Positions 36,597 to 52,578 are shown, counted from the stretch's first letter. The stretch is 64,000 bases of DNA from Bacteroides sp. (GCA_014802265.1 JAAVCP010000064.1:1265-65264); one strand, 5' to 3'. A program made the numbers and translations. Notes: generated by a model from the sequence alone, not told the origin.

Positions 36597-38870
36597 TTAT
36601 TTCACCATAAGTTTTGCCACGCTGTCACCGCTGCGAGCTATGTAGAGTCCCACAGGGAGATTATTGTTTTCAACCCTCTGTCCTGAGAGCGTGAATACCT
36701 CAACAGCAGCATCGTTGTCAGCTACCACTGCCCTTCCGATGACTCTCAGATTTGCCCTGTTGACACTCACTTGCTGTATGCCTGTAAGCCTGTCAATCTT
36801 AAATGCCGGAGATATAATCTGCTCATTGGTATTACCCGCAGCATCGGTCATCAGGATACGGAGGTCAAACCAACCTGTAGATGACTCCTTGTCTACTGAC
36901 TCAAGGCTACCTACATACGGATAACCGAAACCGATCATGGCATTTCCTTCCGGTTTTACCTCAATGGGAGTGAAATCGTTACTCCTGTAAGGGGCATACT
37001 CCACAGTCAAGTCACATAACTCAATATCATACCACATCGGGATTTCATTAGAATCATTTATAGGTTCACCCTTCACCTCACGGAAATCACCTCCCGTAAT
37101 CAGCAATTTACCTTCCGAGGCATCTGAGAAACTGTCTGTCACATGGTTGGTGCCGTCACGCAACTGCACCGACTGGATAAGGGGCATCGTGAAATTATCT
37201 ACGGAATTGTCAATGCACACCTTAGCTGAGTTCTTTCCTGCCAAGCCATCAACCTCTATGTTATTGTTCTGGTAATCAAACACCAGTTTCCCGGTCTCCA
37301 TCTGAGACTCTATACATTCCCTCTGCCATATCCGTAGTCCCTCTGCCGAGTCTGCCACTACATCACCATTTACCGAGACCTTGATTTCTCCGTCAAAAGA
37401 AGTGCATGAATCCCCGTAATAGTCTAATGAGTTGTAAGACAACATCGGATAGGGGTAAGCATACCAATCTGAGTCATATGTCTGATAATAGAATAACATG
37501 AACTGCGGCGTAGAACCGAATACGGGCATCGACTGCGGTGTCACCTCAAAACTCAAGGAACGCTGGAAAGTGCCATCCGACTCCATTCCTCCTTCCTCAA
37601 GTAAAAGGAAGTAGTTGTTTATCCGGGGATAGAGCTCACACGATTCCATGCCCAGAACAAACATAGGGGTGTCAATAGTGGTAGTGGCATACCGGACATA
37701 CTCATAAATAAGGTTACCCTCGTCATCAAAGTCCTGGTAAACATCCACAATCTCGGCAGTGTCTTCTCCACTGAAATTCATCATATAGATATATTCGGGG
37801 TGAAGCAATGATGAGGAGGTCTGACAGAAACGGAAATGATGGAAAGAGGAAAGACTGCTCTGCAGACCCCACATAGACCAGGGAGACTCCAGGGCGTTAT
37901 TCATTCCCCAGTACATACTGTAAGGACTATCTGACACCACATCACATTCCTTACCTGCCGGAGTCTTGGCAAAATTGACATCGTAGAGATCTGAGTATTT
38001 GTCCCCCTTATTTGTCACTGTCTGTGTGTGCGACCCATCGGCAAACATCGGAACTATCCGACATTCCCTCTCATCATAAAGCATTCTCAGCTGGGCAATC
38101 TGATACTTGTCACTCACCGGATTGATGTAGACATTGCTCGCCCATTCTGACCTCCACTCACCACATGGACCTGGTTCGACTTCCAAGCCACCGGCATTCC
38201 CATGATTACTGAATGAACCATACTCCTTATGTATGATATAATTGTCGCAGTAGAAATCATAGACGTTATACTCCGATATTATCTCCCAATCCCAATTCTC
38301 ATTCAGGTAACGGAGATAACGCAGAGCGGTCTTCTCCCCATCCGGATTATATGTCTCAAAGGAGATGGTTTCCGTAATCAGGGAGGCATCAAGCTCAATC
38401 TCCATGTCACCTTTTACCTCAATGTCCTCAAGGATGAGATAAGCCGTTCCCTCTTCTCTAAACAGGGACGTGTCCGAAACTCTGTAATAAGTAGCTCTAA
38501 AGTCATATATACCGGGAGTCATATAGAGGTAGACATAATCATTTTCCCAGTCGTAATATTCCTCATATCCTTCCTCCACATTATAGCCGGCGACGTTTGA
38601 GGGTTGGTAACGTGTTGCATCATACTTGAACACGCATTTAACCTCAAAGGTCTGCTCATCCTCCCTTGCCGATTTGTTTACCTTTTTAGTGACCGGGGAC
38701 AAATTTGAGCCAATGGTTAGTTTCTTGTCCGTAGGTTTCTCGATTTTTACAACTCCGGCAGATGGTGCACCGGGCATCACATCTCCCGGTTTAAGCTCCC
38801 GAGCTGCATTCAGCGACTGAGCCGGACTAAACAGGCATATTAATGTCGCGGTCAATATCAACTTTTTCAT
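36597..38870 (-). CDS. Large acidic secreted protein with putative T9SS C-terminal domain
   Basis: Signal peptide; C-terminus TGIQQV...VEVFTLSGQRV...LPVGLYIAR....AKLMVK fits the Bacteroidales CTD pattern; no catalytic motif recognised. Confidence 0.8.
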   Translation of the reverse strand: MKKLILTATLICLFSPAQSLNAARELKPGDVMPGAPSAGVVKIEKPTDKKLTIGSNLSPVTKKVNKSAREDEQTFEVKCVFKYDATRYQPSNVAGYNVEEGYEEYYDWENDYVYLYMTPGIYDFRATYYRVSDTSLFREEGTAYLILEDIEVKGDMEIELDASLITETISFETYNPDGEKTALRYLRYLNENWDWEIISEYNVYDFYCDNYIIHKEYGSFSNHGNAGGLEVEPGPCGEWRSEWASNVYINPVSDKYQIAQLRMLYDERECRIVPMFADGSHTQTVTNKGDKYSDLYDVNFAKTPAGKECDVVSDSPYSMYWGMNNALESPWSMWGLQSSLSSFHHFRFCQTSSSLLHPEYIYMMNFSGEDTAEIVDVYQDFDDEGNLIYEYVRYATTTIDTPMFVLGMESCELYPRINNYFLLLEEGGMESDGTFQRSLSFEVTPQSMPVFGSTPQFMLFYYQTYDSDWYAYPYPMLSYNSLDYYGDSCTSFDGEIKVSVNGDVVADSAEGLRIWQRECIESQMETGKLVFDYQNNNIEVDGLAGKNSAKVCIDNSVDNFTMPLIQSVQLRDGTNHVTDSFSDASEGKLLITGGDFREVKGEPINDSNEIPMWYDIELCDLTVEYAPYRSNDFTPIEVKPEGNAMIGFGYPYVGSLESVDKESSTGWFDLRILMTDAAGNTNEQIISPAFKIDRLTGIQQVSVNRANLRVIGRAVVADNDAAVEVFTLSGQRVENNNLPVGLYIARSGDSVAKLMVK

Positions 38871-38982
38871 GAATAAGATGAAAAGGTTTTGTGCCGTCTT
38901 ACGTCCTGAATTTGGCGTGATAAAATAGATAAACAGAGCTGAATGGCAGAATTTGACCGGTCGTTGCCATATATAACCCTAT

Positions 38983-39300
38983 AAAAAGAAGGCGTAGGAC
39001 GTTATCTCGCTGCACATTTCTGAGAGGCATCGCCAAACGCCTTAACCTACTATACAGCAACACCCACGCCTTGCCGTATTACGAATCCCCCTCTCGGGGG
39101 ATAGGCATACAACAGAAGCGAGCGATATTGACTGCCATTATCAGTAGGTAGAGTTAATTGGCGATTTTCTCAGAACCGATAAAAGCAAAACACGCTTTCT
39201 TATAATATGTATATGGTCATGCAGGTCGGGTTATCCTATTTCTAAAAGGACTCTCAGCCGTCGCTAAAAATCTAAAATCCTTAGAATGCCTTTCCTGCAT
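38983..39300 (-). ncRNA. Candidate long structured 5' leader B with an alternative terminator-like helix
   Basis: Transcript ttctgaga-AA-atcgccaa (39175-39158) pairs with ttggcgat-GCC-tctcagaa (39036-39018). ggcgtggg (39070-39063) pairs with cctacgcc (38998-38991), followed by ttcttttt. TAACTTTG promoter at 39314-39307. Confidence 0.65.
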
Positions 39301-39522
39301 CGTCCGCAAAGTTAATCTAATTTTTGTTCCCCTCCAAATAAATCAGCAATAAAATTTGAAAATCACTTTTTTGAGTGATCTCTTATTCTAAAATTCGGCA
39401 TAGACTGTATATTTCTTCTCCAAAGAAAGGAATGGGAAGAGATAGTCGTTCACTTTTTACTAATTTTGTTAGAAAGCATATAACGGTTTATATGTGCAAA
39501 GATACAAAGTTTTTTGAATATC

Positions 39523-39567
39523 AAAAAATTATGCCCTGCATCTCTCCAGATGCAGGGCATAATTTTT
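39523..39567 (-). terminator. rpoC terminator
   Basis: aaaattatgccctgcatct ... agatgcagggcataatttt. Confidence 0.9.
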
Positions 39568-39588
39568 ATGTTTTAAGAACTAAATGGT

Positions 39589-43845
<4,257 letters not shown>

Positions 43846-43876
43846 ATTGTGTTTGTCTCCTTCTAAAATTCTGATA

Positions 43877-46800
43877 TTATTCAAGAGTAATGCTCAATCC
43901 GAGACCGCGCAACTCGTGGAGAAGCACGTTAAGAGATTCGGGAATGCCGGGATTAGGCATCGGGTCACCCTTCACGATAGCTTCATAAGCCTTGCTTCTG
44001 CCCATCACATCGTCACTCTTGATTGTGAGGATCTCCTGAAGGATATGAGCAGCACCGAAAGCCTCCAATGCCCAAACCTCCATCTCACCGAAACGCTGAC
44101 CGCCAAACTGAGCCTTACCGCCGAGAGGCTGCTGAGTGATGAGTGAGTACGGACCGATTGAACGGGCGTGCATCTTATCTTCAACCATGTGACCCAGCTT
44201 AAGCATGTAAATCACGCCTACGGTTGCGGGCTGGTCAAAACGGTCGCCGGTGCCGCCGTCATACAGGTAGGTCTTGCCATAGCGTGGGATTCCTGCCCTG
44301 TCGGTCCATTCATTCAGGTCGTCGAGGCTTGCACCGTCAAAAATCGGGGTGGCGAATTTCTCACCAAGTTCTCTTCCTGCCCACCCGAGTACAGTCTCGA
44401 AGATCTGACCGAGGTTCATACGGGAAGGCACACCCAGCGGGTTAAGCACGATGTCGACAGGAGTACCGTCTTCAAGGAACGGCATATCTTCCTGGCGTAC
44501 TACCCGTGACACGATACCTTTGTTACCGTGGCGACCTGCCATCTTGTCGCCGACACCAATCTTACGCTTCTTGGCGATGTACACCTTAGCCATCTGCATG
44601 ATGCCTGAAGGCAACTCGTCGCCAATTGTGATGTCAAACTTCTTGCGACGCAATTCGCTGTCGATCTCTTTCGACTTACGGAGATAGTTGGTGATGAGCT
44701 TGGAGATCATCTTGTTGATGCGCTCATCATCGGTCCAGTTATTAAGGTTGACCGTCTCAAAGTCAATATTGCCAAAAGTCTGGTCAACGAAACGGGCACC
44801 CTTCGGAATGATGTCAACGCCAATGAAATCAGAGACTCCGGCAGATATTTTCCCGTTAAGGAGAGCTTCCATTTTGCCGATAAGAAGTTCCTTAAGAGCT
44901 GTCTGCTTCTCCTCATATTCCTCGTCGAGACGCGGGAGCTGGGCGTTGGCACTTTTCTTATTATTCTTTTTCTTAATTGCCTTTGAGAAAAGGTTGGTGC
45001 CTATTACTACACCTTTCAGCGAAGGAGAAGCCTTAAGAGAGGCATCTTTCACATCGCCTGCCTTGTCGCCGAAGATAGCACGCAGCAGCTTTTCCTCAGG
45101 AGTCGGGTCGCTCTCTCCCTTAGGAGTGATTTTACCGATCATTATGTCGCCGGGCACCACATGTGCGCCGACGCGGATTATACCACGCTCGTCAAGGTCT
45201 TTGGTGGCATCCTCGCTCACATTAGGAATATCGCTGGTAAGCTCCTCCATACCACGCTTTGTCTCACGCACTTCAAGAGTATATTCGTCAACGTGGACTG
45301 AGGTAAGTATATCTTCACGTACCATGCGCTCGTTGAGTACGATGGCGTCCTCATAGTTATAACCCTTCCAGGGCATGAATGCCACCTTAAGGTTTCTGCC
45401 AAGGGCAAGTTCACCTTTCTCTGTGGAATAACCCTCAGTAAGGATATCGCCTTTTTCCACTCTCTGCCCTACTTCACAGATTGGACGGAGGTCAATGGTA
45501 GTGCCCTGGTTTGTGCGACGGAACTTAGGAATCTTATATTCCTTTGTGGCAGGTTCAAACTCCACAAATTCCTCATCTTCAGTGCGGTCATACTTTATGC
45601 GTATAACTGTAGCGTCCACATATTCTATCACACCGGCACCCTCAGCCATAATCTGAGTGCGTGAGTCGCGGATAAGCTGACCCTCAATGCCTGTGCCTAC
45701 AATCGGTGCCTCACTGCGCAGCAGGGGCACTGCCTGACGCATCATGTTTGAACCCATCAGCGCACGGTTAGCGTCGTCATGCTCAAGGAACGGAATCAAA
45801 GAGGCTGCGATGGAGGCTATCTGGATCGGGGCAACGTCCATCAGGTCAACTTCCTGAGGAGTAACGATCGGGAAGTCAGCTTCCTGGCGCACTTTGATTC
45901 GATTGTCAATAAAAGTGCCGTCATCGTTAAGGGGAGCATTGCCTTGGGCAATCTTCTTACCCTCCTCAATCTCGGCGGTCATATAAACAACGTCATCATT
46001 GTTGGTGTCAACCTTGCCGTCTTCCACCACACGGTAGGGAGTCTCGATGAAGCCGAGGTTATTGATCTTTGCATAGACACAAAGAGATGAGATCAGACCG
46101 ATGTTCGGACCCTCAGGAGTCTCAATAGGACACAGACGCCCATAGTGGGTATAGTGCACGTCTCGCACCTCGAAGCCTGCACGCTCGCGGGAAAGACCGC
46201 CGGGACCGAGGGCAGACATACGACGTTTGTGAGTAATCTCTGCCAGAGGGTTAGTCTGGTCCATAAACTGCGAGAGTGCGTTTGTGCCGAAGAATGTATT
46301 TATCACGGAAGAGATTGTCTTCGCGTTGATAAGGTCAATAGGTTTGAACACCTCATTGTCGCGCACGTTCATTCGCTCGCGTATTGTGCGTGACATACGG
46401 GCAAGACCCACACCAAACTGATTGTAGAGCTGCTCGCCGACAGTGCGCACACGACGGTTGCTGAGGTGGTCGATATCGTCAACATCACTTTTTGAATTGA
46501 TAAGTTCAATCAGATACTTAATGATGGCGATAATGTCTTCGCGGGTAAGAACCTTTACATTTTCTGAAGTGTCGAGCCCCAGTTTCTTGTTGATACGGAA
46601 ACGTCCTACCTCACCGAGGTCATATCTCTTCTCAGAGAAGAAAAGATTCTGGATTACCTCACGGGCAGATGCATCGTCCGGTGGGTCTGCGCTGCGGAGC
46701 TGTCGGTAGATATACTGCACAGCCTCAAGTTCAGAACCTGCAGGGTCTTTCGCGAGAGTGTTGAAAATTATGCTGTAGTCAATGGCGCTCACATTTTCTT

Positions 46801-47692
46801 TCTCAAGAAGTATTGTCTTTGCGCCACACTCAATTATAGCGTCAATGTTGTCTTCCGTGATTTTTTCACCGCGCTCCACAACAGTGTCTGCGCGTTCAAT
46901 TGACACGACTTCACCGGTTGACTGGTCTGAATAATCCTCATACCATCTCTTTTCAATACGCCCGGCAAGTTTTCTGCCAATATAAGCCTTCAGATTAGCC
47001 TTAGTGACCTTCACCTCCTCAGCAAGGTCGAAAATCTGAATAATATCTTTATCACTCTCAAGACCGATGGCACGCAGAAGAGTTGTCACGGGCAACTTCT
47101 TCTTTCTGTCGATGTAGGCATACATGACATTATTGATGTCTGTAGCAAACTCAATCCAGCTTCCACGGAATGGGATAATACGGGCGGAATAAAGTTTTGT
47201 GCCGTTGGCATGAGTGCTTTGGCCGAAAAACACACCCGGAGAACGGTGAAGCTGCGACACGACTACACGTTCAGCACCGTTTATGACAAAAGTGCCCTGC
47301 TCCGTCATATAAGGAATAGGACCGAGATAAACGTCCTGTATGGTAGTGTCGAAGTCCTCATGATCGGGATCCGTGCAATAAAGCTTCAGTTTAGCCTTCA
47401 AGGGCACACTGTATGTTAGACCTCTTTCGAGACATTCGTCGATAGAATAACGCGGTGGGTCGATATAGTAATCGAGAAACTCCAATACGAAATTATTGCG
47501 GGTGTCTGCAATAGGAAAGTTCTCTGCAAAGACCTTGTAAAGACCCTGGTTTTTTCTTTCCTCGGGAGGAACATCAAGCTGAAGGAAGTCTTTAAATGAC
47601 TTCAGCTGCACCTCCAGAAAGTCAGGAAACGGCAGTGGATTCTTAATCGACGCGAAGTTTACGCGCGGTTTTTCGGTTAAATTTACTGACAT
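43877..47692 (-). CDS. rpoB: RNA polymerase beta subunit
   Basis: [22 protein letters not shown] and GGQRFGEME motifs; likely start MSVNL at 47692. Confidence 0.99.
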   Translation of the reverse strand: MSVNLTEKPRVNFASIKNPLPFPDFLEVQLKSFKDFLQLDVPPEERKNQGLYKVFAENFPIADTRNNFVLEFLDYYIDPPRYSIDECLERGLTYSVPLKAKLKLYCTDPDHEDFDTTIQDVYLGPIPYMTEQGTFVINGAERVVVSQLHRSPGVFFGQSTHANGTKLYSARIIPFRGSWIEFATDINNVMYAYIDRKKKLPVTTLLRAIGLESDKDIIQIFDLAEEVKVTKANLKAYIGRKLAGRIEKRWYEDYSDQSTGEVVSIERADTVVERGEKITEDNIDAIIECGAKTILLEKENVSAIDYSIIFNTLAKDPAGSELEAVQYIYRQLRSADPPDDASAREVIQNLFFSEKRYDLGEVGRFRINKKLGLDTSENVKVLTREDIIAIIKYLIELINSKSDVDDIDHLSNRRVRTVGEQLYNQFGVGLARMSRTIRERMNVRDNEVFKPIDLINAKTISSVINTFFGTNALSQFMDQTNPLAEITHKRRMSALGPGGLSRERAGFEVRDVHYTHYGRLCPIETPEGPNIGLISSLCVYAKINNLGFIETPYRVVEDGKVDTNNDDVVYMTAEIEEGKKIAQGNAPLNDDGTFIDNRIKVRQEADFPIVTPQEVDLMDVAPIQIASIAASLIPFLEHDDANRALMGSNMMRQAVPLLRSEAPIVGTGIEGQLIRDSRTQIMAEGAGVIEYVDATVIRIKYDRTEDEEFVEFEPATKEYKIPKFRRTNQGTTIDLRPICEVGQRVEKGDILTEGYSTEKGELALGRNLKVAFMPWKGYNYEDAIVLNERMVREDILTSVHVDEYTLEVRETKRGMEELTSDIPNVSEDATKDLDERGIIRVGAHVVPGDIMIGKITPKGESDPTPEEKLLRAIFGDKAGDVKDASLKASPSLKGVVIGTNLFSKAIKKKNNKKSANAQLPRLDEEYEEKQTALKELLIGKMEALLNGKISAGVSDFIGVDIIPKGARFVDQTFGNIDFETVNLNNWTDDERINKMISKLITNYLRKSKEIDSELRRKKFDITIGDELPSGIMQMAKVYIAKKRKIGVGDKMAGRHGNKGIVSRVVRQEDMPFLEDGTPVDIVLNPLGVPSRMNLGQIFETVLGWAGRELGEKFATPIFDGASLDDLNEWTDRAGIPRYGKTYLYDGGTGDRFDQPATVGVIYMLKLGHMVEDKMHARSIGPYSLITQQPLGGKAQFGGQRFGEMEVWALEAFGAAHILQEILTIKSDDVMGRSKAYEAIVKGDPMPNPGIPESLNVLLHELRGLGLSITLE

Positions 47693-47814
47693 TGGGGTTT
47701 TATTTGTATAAAAAATTACACGTGAGAAGCGTAAAGACATCAAATCTCACAAGAAGAGAAAGATGTCAAATATAGAGCCAGAATGGGTTACACACTGTTA
47801 AATATGCCAAAAAA

Positions 47815-47850
47815 AGGTTAAGAACGCCACTTCTCGCGCGTTCTTAACCT
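47815..47850 (-). terminator. Terminator/attenuator between rplL and rpoB
   Basis: aggttaagaacgc ... gcgttcttaacct followed by a U-run on the minus strand. Confidence 0.8.
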
Positions 47851-47871
47851 ATTTATAAGGTAAGGATATTC

Positions 47872-48249
47872 TTATTTGAGCTCAACTTCAGCGCCAGCCT
47901 CTTCGAGCTGCTTCTTCATGCCCTCAGCCTCAGCTTTGGGAAGACCTTCCTTAACGACACCGGGAGCGCCGTCAACGAGAGCCTTAGCCTCTTTAAGACC
48001 AAGACCTGTGAGCTCTTTAACGAGCTTAACCACTGCGAGCTTGCTTGCGCCGGCAGCCTTAAGAACAACGTCGAAGTTGGTCTTTTCCTCCTCTGCGGGA
48101 GCAGCGCCGGCAGCAGGACCTGCTGCTACTGCCACTGCGGCAGCGGCGGGTTCGATGCCATACTCCTCTTTGAGGATCTGAGCGAGTTCGTTCACTTCCT
48201 TAACGGAAAGGTTAACCAATTGTTCTGCAAATGCTTTCAAATCTGCCAT
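47872..48249 (-). CDS. rplL: 50S ribosomal protein L7/L12
   Basis: Ala-rich hinge; [20 protein letters not shown]. Confidence 0.99.
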   Translation of the reverse strand: MADLKAFAEQLVNLSVKEVNELAQILKEEYGIEPAAAAVAVAAGPAAGAAPAEEEKTNFDVVLKAAGASKLAVVKLVKELTGLGLKEAKALVDGAPGVVKEGLPKAEAEGMKKQLEEAGAEVELK

Positions 48250-48282
48250 TGTAGTATTATCTTTTTATTATTTTTTACTTGA

Positions 48283-48807
48283 TTAGTTTTCTTTGTTAGA
48301 CAATGTTTCCAGAATGCCATGGATCTTATGGCCAGCACCCTGAAGAGCGCTGATAACGTTCTTGGCAGGACTCTGGAGAAGAGCGATAACATCGCCGATA
48401 AGCTCGTTCTTGCTCTTGATGTTGCTGAGAGCGTCTAACTGCTCCTCACCAACATATACAGTCTCCTCTACGTATGCACCCTTCAGCATGGGAAGAGTGT
48501 CATTCTTCTGGCGGAACTTCTTGATGAGCCTTGCAGGAGCATTACCCACATTGCTGAGAAGAAGTGTTGTTTCGCCGTGAAGGAGATCATAGAGTTCGCT
48601 ATAATCAGTCTCGCTTGCCTCTAATGCTTTTTTGAGAAGAGTGTTCTTAACGCAAAGCATCTTAATGTCGTCCTTAAAGCAGGCACGACGGAGTGCGCTG
48701 GTCTTCTCTGCATTGAGACCTGAAGTCTGGGTCAGGTAGACGCAGCTGTATTCAGCAAGCGTGTTACCGATCTTTTCAATGATGAGTGCTTTATCTTCCT
48801 TTTTCAT
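48283..48807 (-). CDS. rplJ: 50S ribosomal protein L10
   Basis: VKNTLL motif; LLQSPAKNVISAL; synteny. Confidence 0.98.
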   Translation of the reverse strand: MKKEDKALIIEKIGNTLAEYSCVYLTQTSGLNAEKTSALRRACFKDDIKMLCVKNTLLKKALEASETDYSELYDLLHGETTLLLSNVGNAPARLIKKFRQKNDTLPMLKGAYVEETVYVGEEQLDALSNIKSKNELIGDVIALLQSPAKNVISALQGAGHKIHGILETLSNKEN

Positions 48808-48824
48808 TTCGTCTTCGTTTTAGA

Positions 48825-49520
48825 TTATTCAACCACAGACTTGGGTTCTACCTTAACACCCGGACTCATTGTGCTCGAAAGATAAATGCTCTTAATATAT
48901 GTGCCCTTTGCAGTGGCGGGTTTCAGCTTTATAAGAGTGTTGATAAACTCCTTAGCATTATCGCGCATCTGTTCGGGAGTAAAGCTTACTTTGCCAATAG
49001 AAGCGTGAACGATGCCGGTCTTGTCAACCTTGAAGTCAATCTTACCCTGCTTAACCTCTCTTACAGCCTTAGCAACATCCATAGTCACTGTGCCGCTCTT
49101 GGGGTTAGGCATAAGTCCGCGAGGACCAAGGATACGGCCCAAAGGACCAAGCTTACCCATTACAGAAGGTTGAGTGATAATCACGTCAACATCTGTCCAG
49201 CCACCTTTTATCTTTGTAAGATACTCGTCAAGACCTACATAGTCAGCACCGGCTTCCTTTGCAGCAGCCTCAGCATCGGGATTGCAAAGCACGAGGACAC
49301 GCACCTGCTTGCCTGTTCCGTGAGGAAGGGAGACAACGCCGCGCACCATCTGGTCAGCCTTGCGGGGGTCAACGCCAAGACGTACGTCAATATCGAAAGA
49401 AGCGTCAAATTTGGCATAGTTAACCTCTTTAACCTTCTCTGCAGCTTCGGCGAGAGTATAAGCCTTCCCGGGTTCAATCTTCGACAAAGCTAACTTCTGA
49501 TTTTTTGTCAGTTTTCCCAT
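48825..49520 (-). CDS. rplA: 50S ribosomal protein L1
   Basis: [18 protein letters not shown] and STMSPG motifs. Confidence 0.99.
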   Translation of the reverse strand: MGKLTKNQKLALSKIEPGKAYTLAEAAEKVKEVNYAKFDASFDIDVRLGVDPRKADQMVRGVVSLPHGTGKQVRVLVLCNPDAEAAAKEAGADYVGLDEYLTKIKGGWTDVDVIITQPSVMGKLGPLGRILGPRGLMPNPKSGTVTMDVAKAVREVKQGKIDFKVDKTGIVHASIGKVSFTPEQMRDNAKEFINTLIKLKPATAKGTYIKSIYLSSTMSPGVKVEPKSVVE

Positions 49521-49532
49521 TTCTGAAGATTT

Positions 49533-49976
49533 TTAGATGTTTTCAGGGAATGCCCCTTTTACGGTTATACCCATACTTCTCGCTGTGCCGGCAACCATGC
49601 GCATTGCCGAGTCTAAAGTAAAACAGTTCAAATCAGGCATCTTGTCATTGGCAATCACCTGCACCTGCTCCCAAGTGATCTCAGCTACCTTATTACGGTT
49701 AGGCTGGGCAGAACCGCTCTTCAGCTTGGCAACTTCTTTGAGCTGCACGGCAACCGGCGGTGTCTTAACCACAAAGTCGAAAGATTTATCTGTGTAGTAA
49801 GTAATTACTACCGGAAGGATCTTACCGGCTTTATCTTGAGTGCGGGCATTGAATTGCTTGCAAAATTCCATGATATTGATGCCTTTAGAACCCAATGCGG
49901 GTCCTACTGGAGGCGACGGATTCGCCGCACCACCCTTTATCTGCAATTTGATCTGTCCAGCAATTTCTTTAGCCAT
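49533..49976 (-). CDS. rplK: 50S ribosomal protein L11
   Basis: [12 protein letters not shown] and GTARSMG motifs. Confidence 0.99.
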   Translation of the reverse strand: MAKEIAGQIKLQIKGGAANPSPPVGPALGSKGINIMEFCKQFNARTQDKAGKILPVVITYYTDKSFDFVVKTPPVAVQLKEVAKLKSGSAQPNRNKVAEITWEQVQVIANDKMPDLNCFTLDSAMRMVAGTARSMGITVKGAFPENI

Positions 49977-50041
49977 TGTTGTTAATGTTTAAATTTGTTA
50001 TGCCGATGGAATTATCTTTCAGAATCGCGTAACATCAAATC

Positions 50042-50593
50042 TTAAAGACGCTCCACCTGCGAATTTTCCAACTCCAATTCAGTGGGTCGGCCAAAAATCT
50101 TAACCTCCACCTTAATTTTCTTCCTTTCGGAATCCACTTTACGTATAGTCCCGCTGAATCCTGAGAAAGGTCCGAAATTGACCCTCACTGATTCTCCTTC
50201 CAGAAAATCATGAGCCTCATCTTCCTGAGGGGCGCGGAGATCATCCGCTGCTCCAAGCATTCTCATGACTTCACTCTCGCGAAGCATCTCAGGCTCACTA
50301 TTCTTGGCGCGTCCACGTAAAAAATCAATGACATTAGTCGTGTTACGAAGTTCATAAATCACCTCCCCGGTAAGCACTGCCTCTATAAAGACATAACCGG
50401 AATAGAGATTACGCTCTTTCATCACTTTCTTGCCATTGCGTGTGGAATAAACCTTCTCTGTAGGAATCAATACCTGGGAAACATATTCTCCAAGATTACC
50501 GTTCTTGATTGCTGCATCAAGAACCTCCTTGACCTTTGCTTCCTTTCCTGAAATGGCACGTAAAACATACCATCCTCTTTTTCTTTCAGCCAT
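50042..50593 (-). CDS. nusG: Transcription termination/antitermination factor NusG
   Basis: WYVLRAISGKE NGN domain; GPFSGF KOW motif; IFGRPT; synteny. Confidence 0.97.
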   Translation of the reverse strand: MAERKRGWYVLRAISGKEAKVKEVLDAAIKNGNLGEYVSQVLIPTEKVYSTRNGKKVMKERNLYSGYVFIEAVLTGEVIYELRNTTNVIDFLRGRAKNSEPEMLRESEVMRMLGAADDLRAPQEDEAHDFLEGESVRVNFGPFSGFSGTIRKVDSERKKIKVEVKIFGRPTELELENSQVERL

Positions 50594-50614
50594 TGAGCAA
50601 CTACATTTAAAAGT

Positions 50615-50806
50615 TTAGAAACTGATACTATATATGAGTTCCATCAGAAGATTAAACACCTTATCAACTACCCAGATAAACACAGCGATGATGATGGAAG
50701 CTATCAACACCAGCACGGAACTGTTGATAAGTTGCTTCTGAGTTGGCCAAGAAACCTTATAGACTAATTCGTCATAAGATTCCTTTATATCTTTAAATAA
50801 TTTCAT
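50615..50806 (-). CDS. secE: Preprotein translocase subunit SecE
   Basis: EL..KVSWPT plus a TM helix; true start at 50806 (the longer ORF overlaps tRNA-Trp). Confidence 0.95.
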   Translation of the reverse strand: MKLFKDIKESYDELVYKVSWPTQKQLINSSVLVLIASIIIAVFIWVVDKVFNLLMELIYSISF

Positions 50807-50819
50807 ATTAGTGTTTGAT

Positions 50820-50895
50820 TGGCACGGGAAGAGAGACTCGAACTCCCGACACCTGGTTTTGGAGACCAGTGCTCTACCGACTGAGCTATTCCCGT
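50820..50895 (-). tRNA. tRNA-Trp (CCA)
   Basis: Cloverleaf with ctCCAaa anticodon loop, GTTCGAG T-loop and encoded CCA end. Confidence 0.97.
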
Positions 50896-50899
50896 AGTT

Positions 50900-50938
50900 A
50901 AGGGGTCTTATCATCAATAAGGATTTCAAAGACCCCTT
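50900..50938 (-). terminator. Hairpin between tuf and tRNA-Trp (terminator or processing stem)
   Basis: aaggggtctt ... aagacccctt. Confidence 0.55.
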
Positions 50939-50976
50939 TTGTTATTCAAACGGCATCACTGCCATAAATAAGCTGA

Positions 50977-52164
50977 TTAATCGTCGATTACAGAAGTGAT
51001 CTGACCTGAACCTACTGTGCGACCGCCTTCACGGATTGCGAAACGAAGACCCTGATCACAAGCCACCGGAGTGATGAGCTTAACCTCGATCTCAACATTA
51101 TCACCAGGCATTACCATCTCTACGCCCTCGGGAAGAGTGATCTCACCGGTTACGTCAAGAGTACGGATATAGAACTGAGGACGATATTTGTTGTGGAACG
51201 GAGTGTGACGGCCACCTTCCTCTTTCTTCAGGATATAAACCTGAGCCTTGAAGTGATCGTGAGGCTTAACCTGACCGGGATGGCAAAGAACCATACCACG
51301 ACGGATTTCATCCTTATCAACACCACGGAGGAGCAGACCTACGTTGTCACCAGCTTCACCCTGATCAAGGAGCTTGCGGAACATCTCAACACCTGTAACG
51401 GTAGTCTTACGGTCAGCACCAAGACCGAGAATCTGAACCTCATCACCTACTTTCACAACGCCAGCCTCAATACGTCCGGTAGCAACTGTACCACGACCAG
51501 TGATTGAGAACACGTCCTCAACAGGCATAAGGAACGGCTTGTCAATAGCACGCGGAGGAAGCGGAATCCACTCGTCAACGGCATTCATAAGCTCCATTAC
51601 CTTCTCAACCCACTCAGGCTCGCCATTGAGAGCACCGAGAGCAGAACCGCGGATAATCGGAGTCTCGTCGCCATCATAGTCATACTGAGAAAGGAGGTCA
51701 CGCATATCCATTTCAACGAGTTCGAGCATCTCCTCGTCGTCAACCATGTCACATTTGTTCATGAAGACTACAAGACGCGGAACGTTCACCTGACGAGCAA
51801 GAAGAATGTGCTCGCGAGTCTGGGGCATCGGACCGTCAGTAGCAGCAACCACGATGATAGCACCGTCCATCTGTGCAGCACCAGTTACCATGTTCTTAAC
51901 GTAGTCAGCGTGTCCCGGGCAGTCAACGTGAGCATAGTGACGGTTTTCAGTCTGATACTCTACGTGAGCTGTATTGATTGTGATACCACGCTCTTTCTCT
52001 TCAGGAGCGTTATCAATAGAATCGAATGAACGAAGCTCAGAAAGACCTTTTTCAGCAAGCACCTTTGTGATGGCAGCAGTAAGAGTAGTCTTACCGTGGT
52101 CAACGTGACCAATTGTACCAATGTTCACATGGGGCTTGGTTCTTTCGAATTTTTCTTTAGCCAT
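50977..52164 (-). CDS. tuf: Elongation factor Tu
   Basis: [17 protein letters not shown] and NKCD motifs. Confidence 0.99.
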   Translation of the reverse strand: MAKEKFERTKPHVNIGTIGHVDHGKTTLTAAITKVLAEKGLSELRSFDSIDNAPEEKERGITINTAHVEYQTENRHYAHVDCPGHADYVKNMVTGAAQMDGAIIVVAATDGPMPQTREHILLARQVNVPRLVVFMNKCDMVDDEEMLELVEMDMRDLLSQYDYDGDETPIIRGSALGALNGEPEWVEKVMELMNAVDEWIPLPPRAIDKPFLMPVEDVFSITGRGTVATGRIEAGVVKVGDEVQILGLGADRKTTVTGVEMFRKLLDQGEAGDNVGLLLRGVDKDEIRRGMVLCHPGQVKPHDHFKAQVYILKKEEGGRHTPFHNKYRPQFYIRTLDVTGEITLPEGVEMVMPGDNVEIEVKLITPVACDQGLRFAIREGGRTVGSGQITSVIDD

Positions 52165-52236
52165 AAATCTTGCTAGTATTATTTAGTTGTTTTATTTTCC
52201 TTCCAGAAACGAAAAGAGAGTTACCGAAAAGAGAGT

Positions 52237-52311
<75 letters not shown>

Positions 52312-52315
52312 AATT

Positions 52316-52391
52316 TGGAGCGGAAGACGAGGTTCGAACTCGCGACCCTTAGCTTGGAAGGCTAATGCTCTACCAACTGAGCTACTTCCGC
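52316..52391 (-). tRNA. tRNA-Gly (TCC)
   Basis: Cloverleaf, ctTCCaa anticodon loop, encoded CCA. Confidence 0.96.
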
Positions 52392-52416
52392 ATTCCTTGT
52401 TCAACACAATCTGATG

Positions 52417-52499
52417 TGGGCGAAGATGGATTCGAACCACCGAAGGCATAAGCCAGCAGATTTACAGTCTGCCCCATTTGGCCACTCTGGTATTCGCCC
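52417..52499 (-). tRNA. tRNA-Tyr (GTA)
   Basis: Cloverleaf with long variable arm and ctGTAaa loop; CCA not encoded. Confidence 0.96.
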
Positions 52500-52504
52500 T
52501 TCTG

Positions 52505-52578
52505 AGCCTCTTGTCGGATTCGAACCAACGACCCCGAGATTACAAATCACGTGCTCTGGCCAACTGAGCTAAAGAGGC
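52505..52578 (-). tRNA. tRNA-Thr (TGT)
   Basis: Cloverleaf, ttTGTaa loop; one U-U pair in the anticodon stem; CCA not encoded. Confidence 0.93.

Noticed and set aside
48808-48824. L10 leader between rplA and rplJ
   Set aside because: The intergenic gap is only 17 bp.
50807-50929. N-terminal extension of SecE in the ORF track
   Set aside because: It overlaps tRNA-Trp; the real start is 50806. The extensions of rpoB, rpoC and the LuxR regulator were trimmed similarly.
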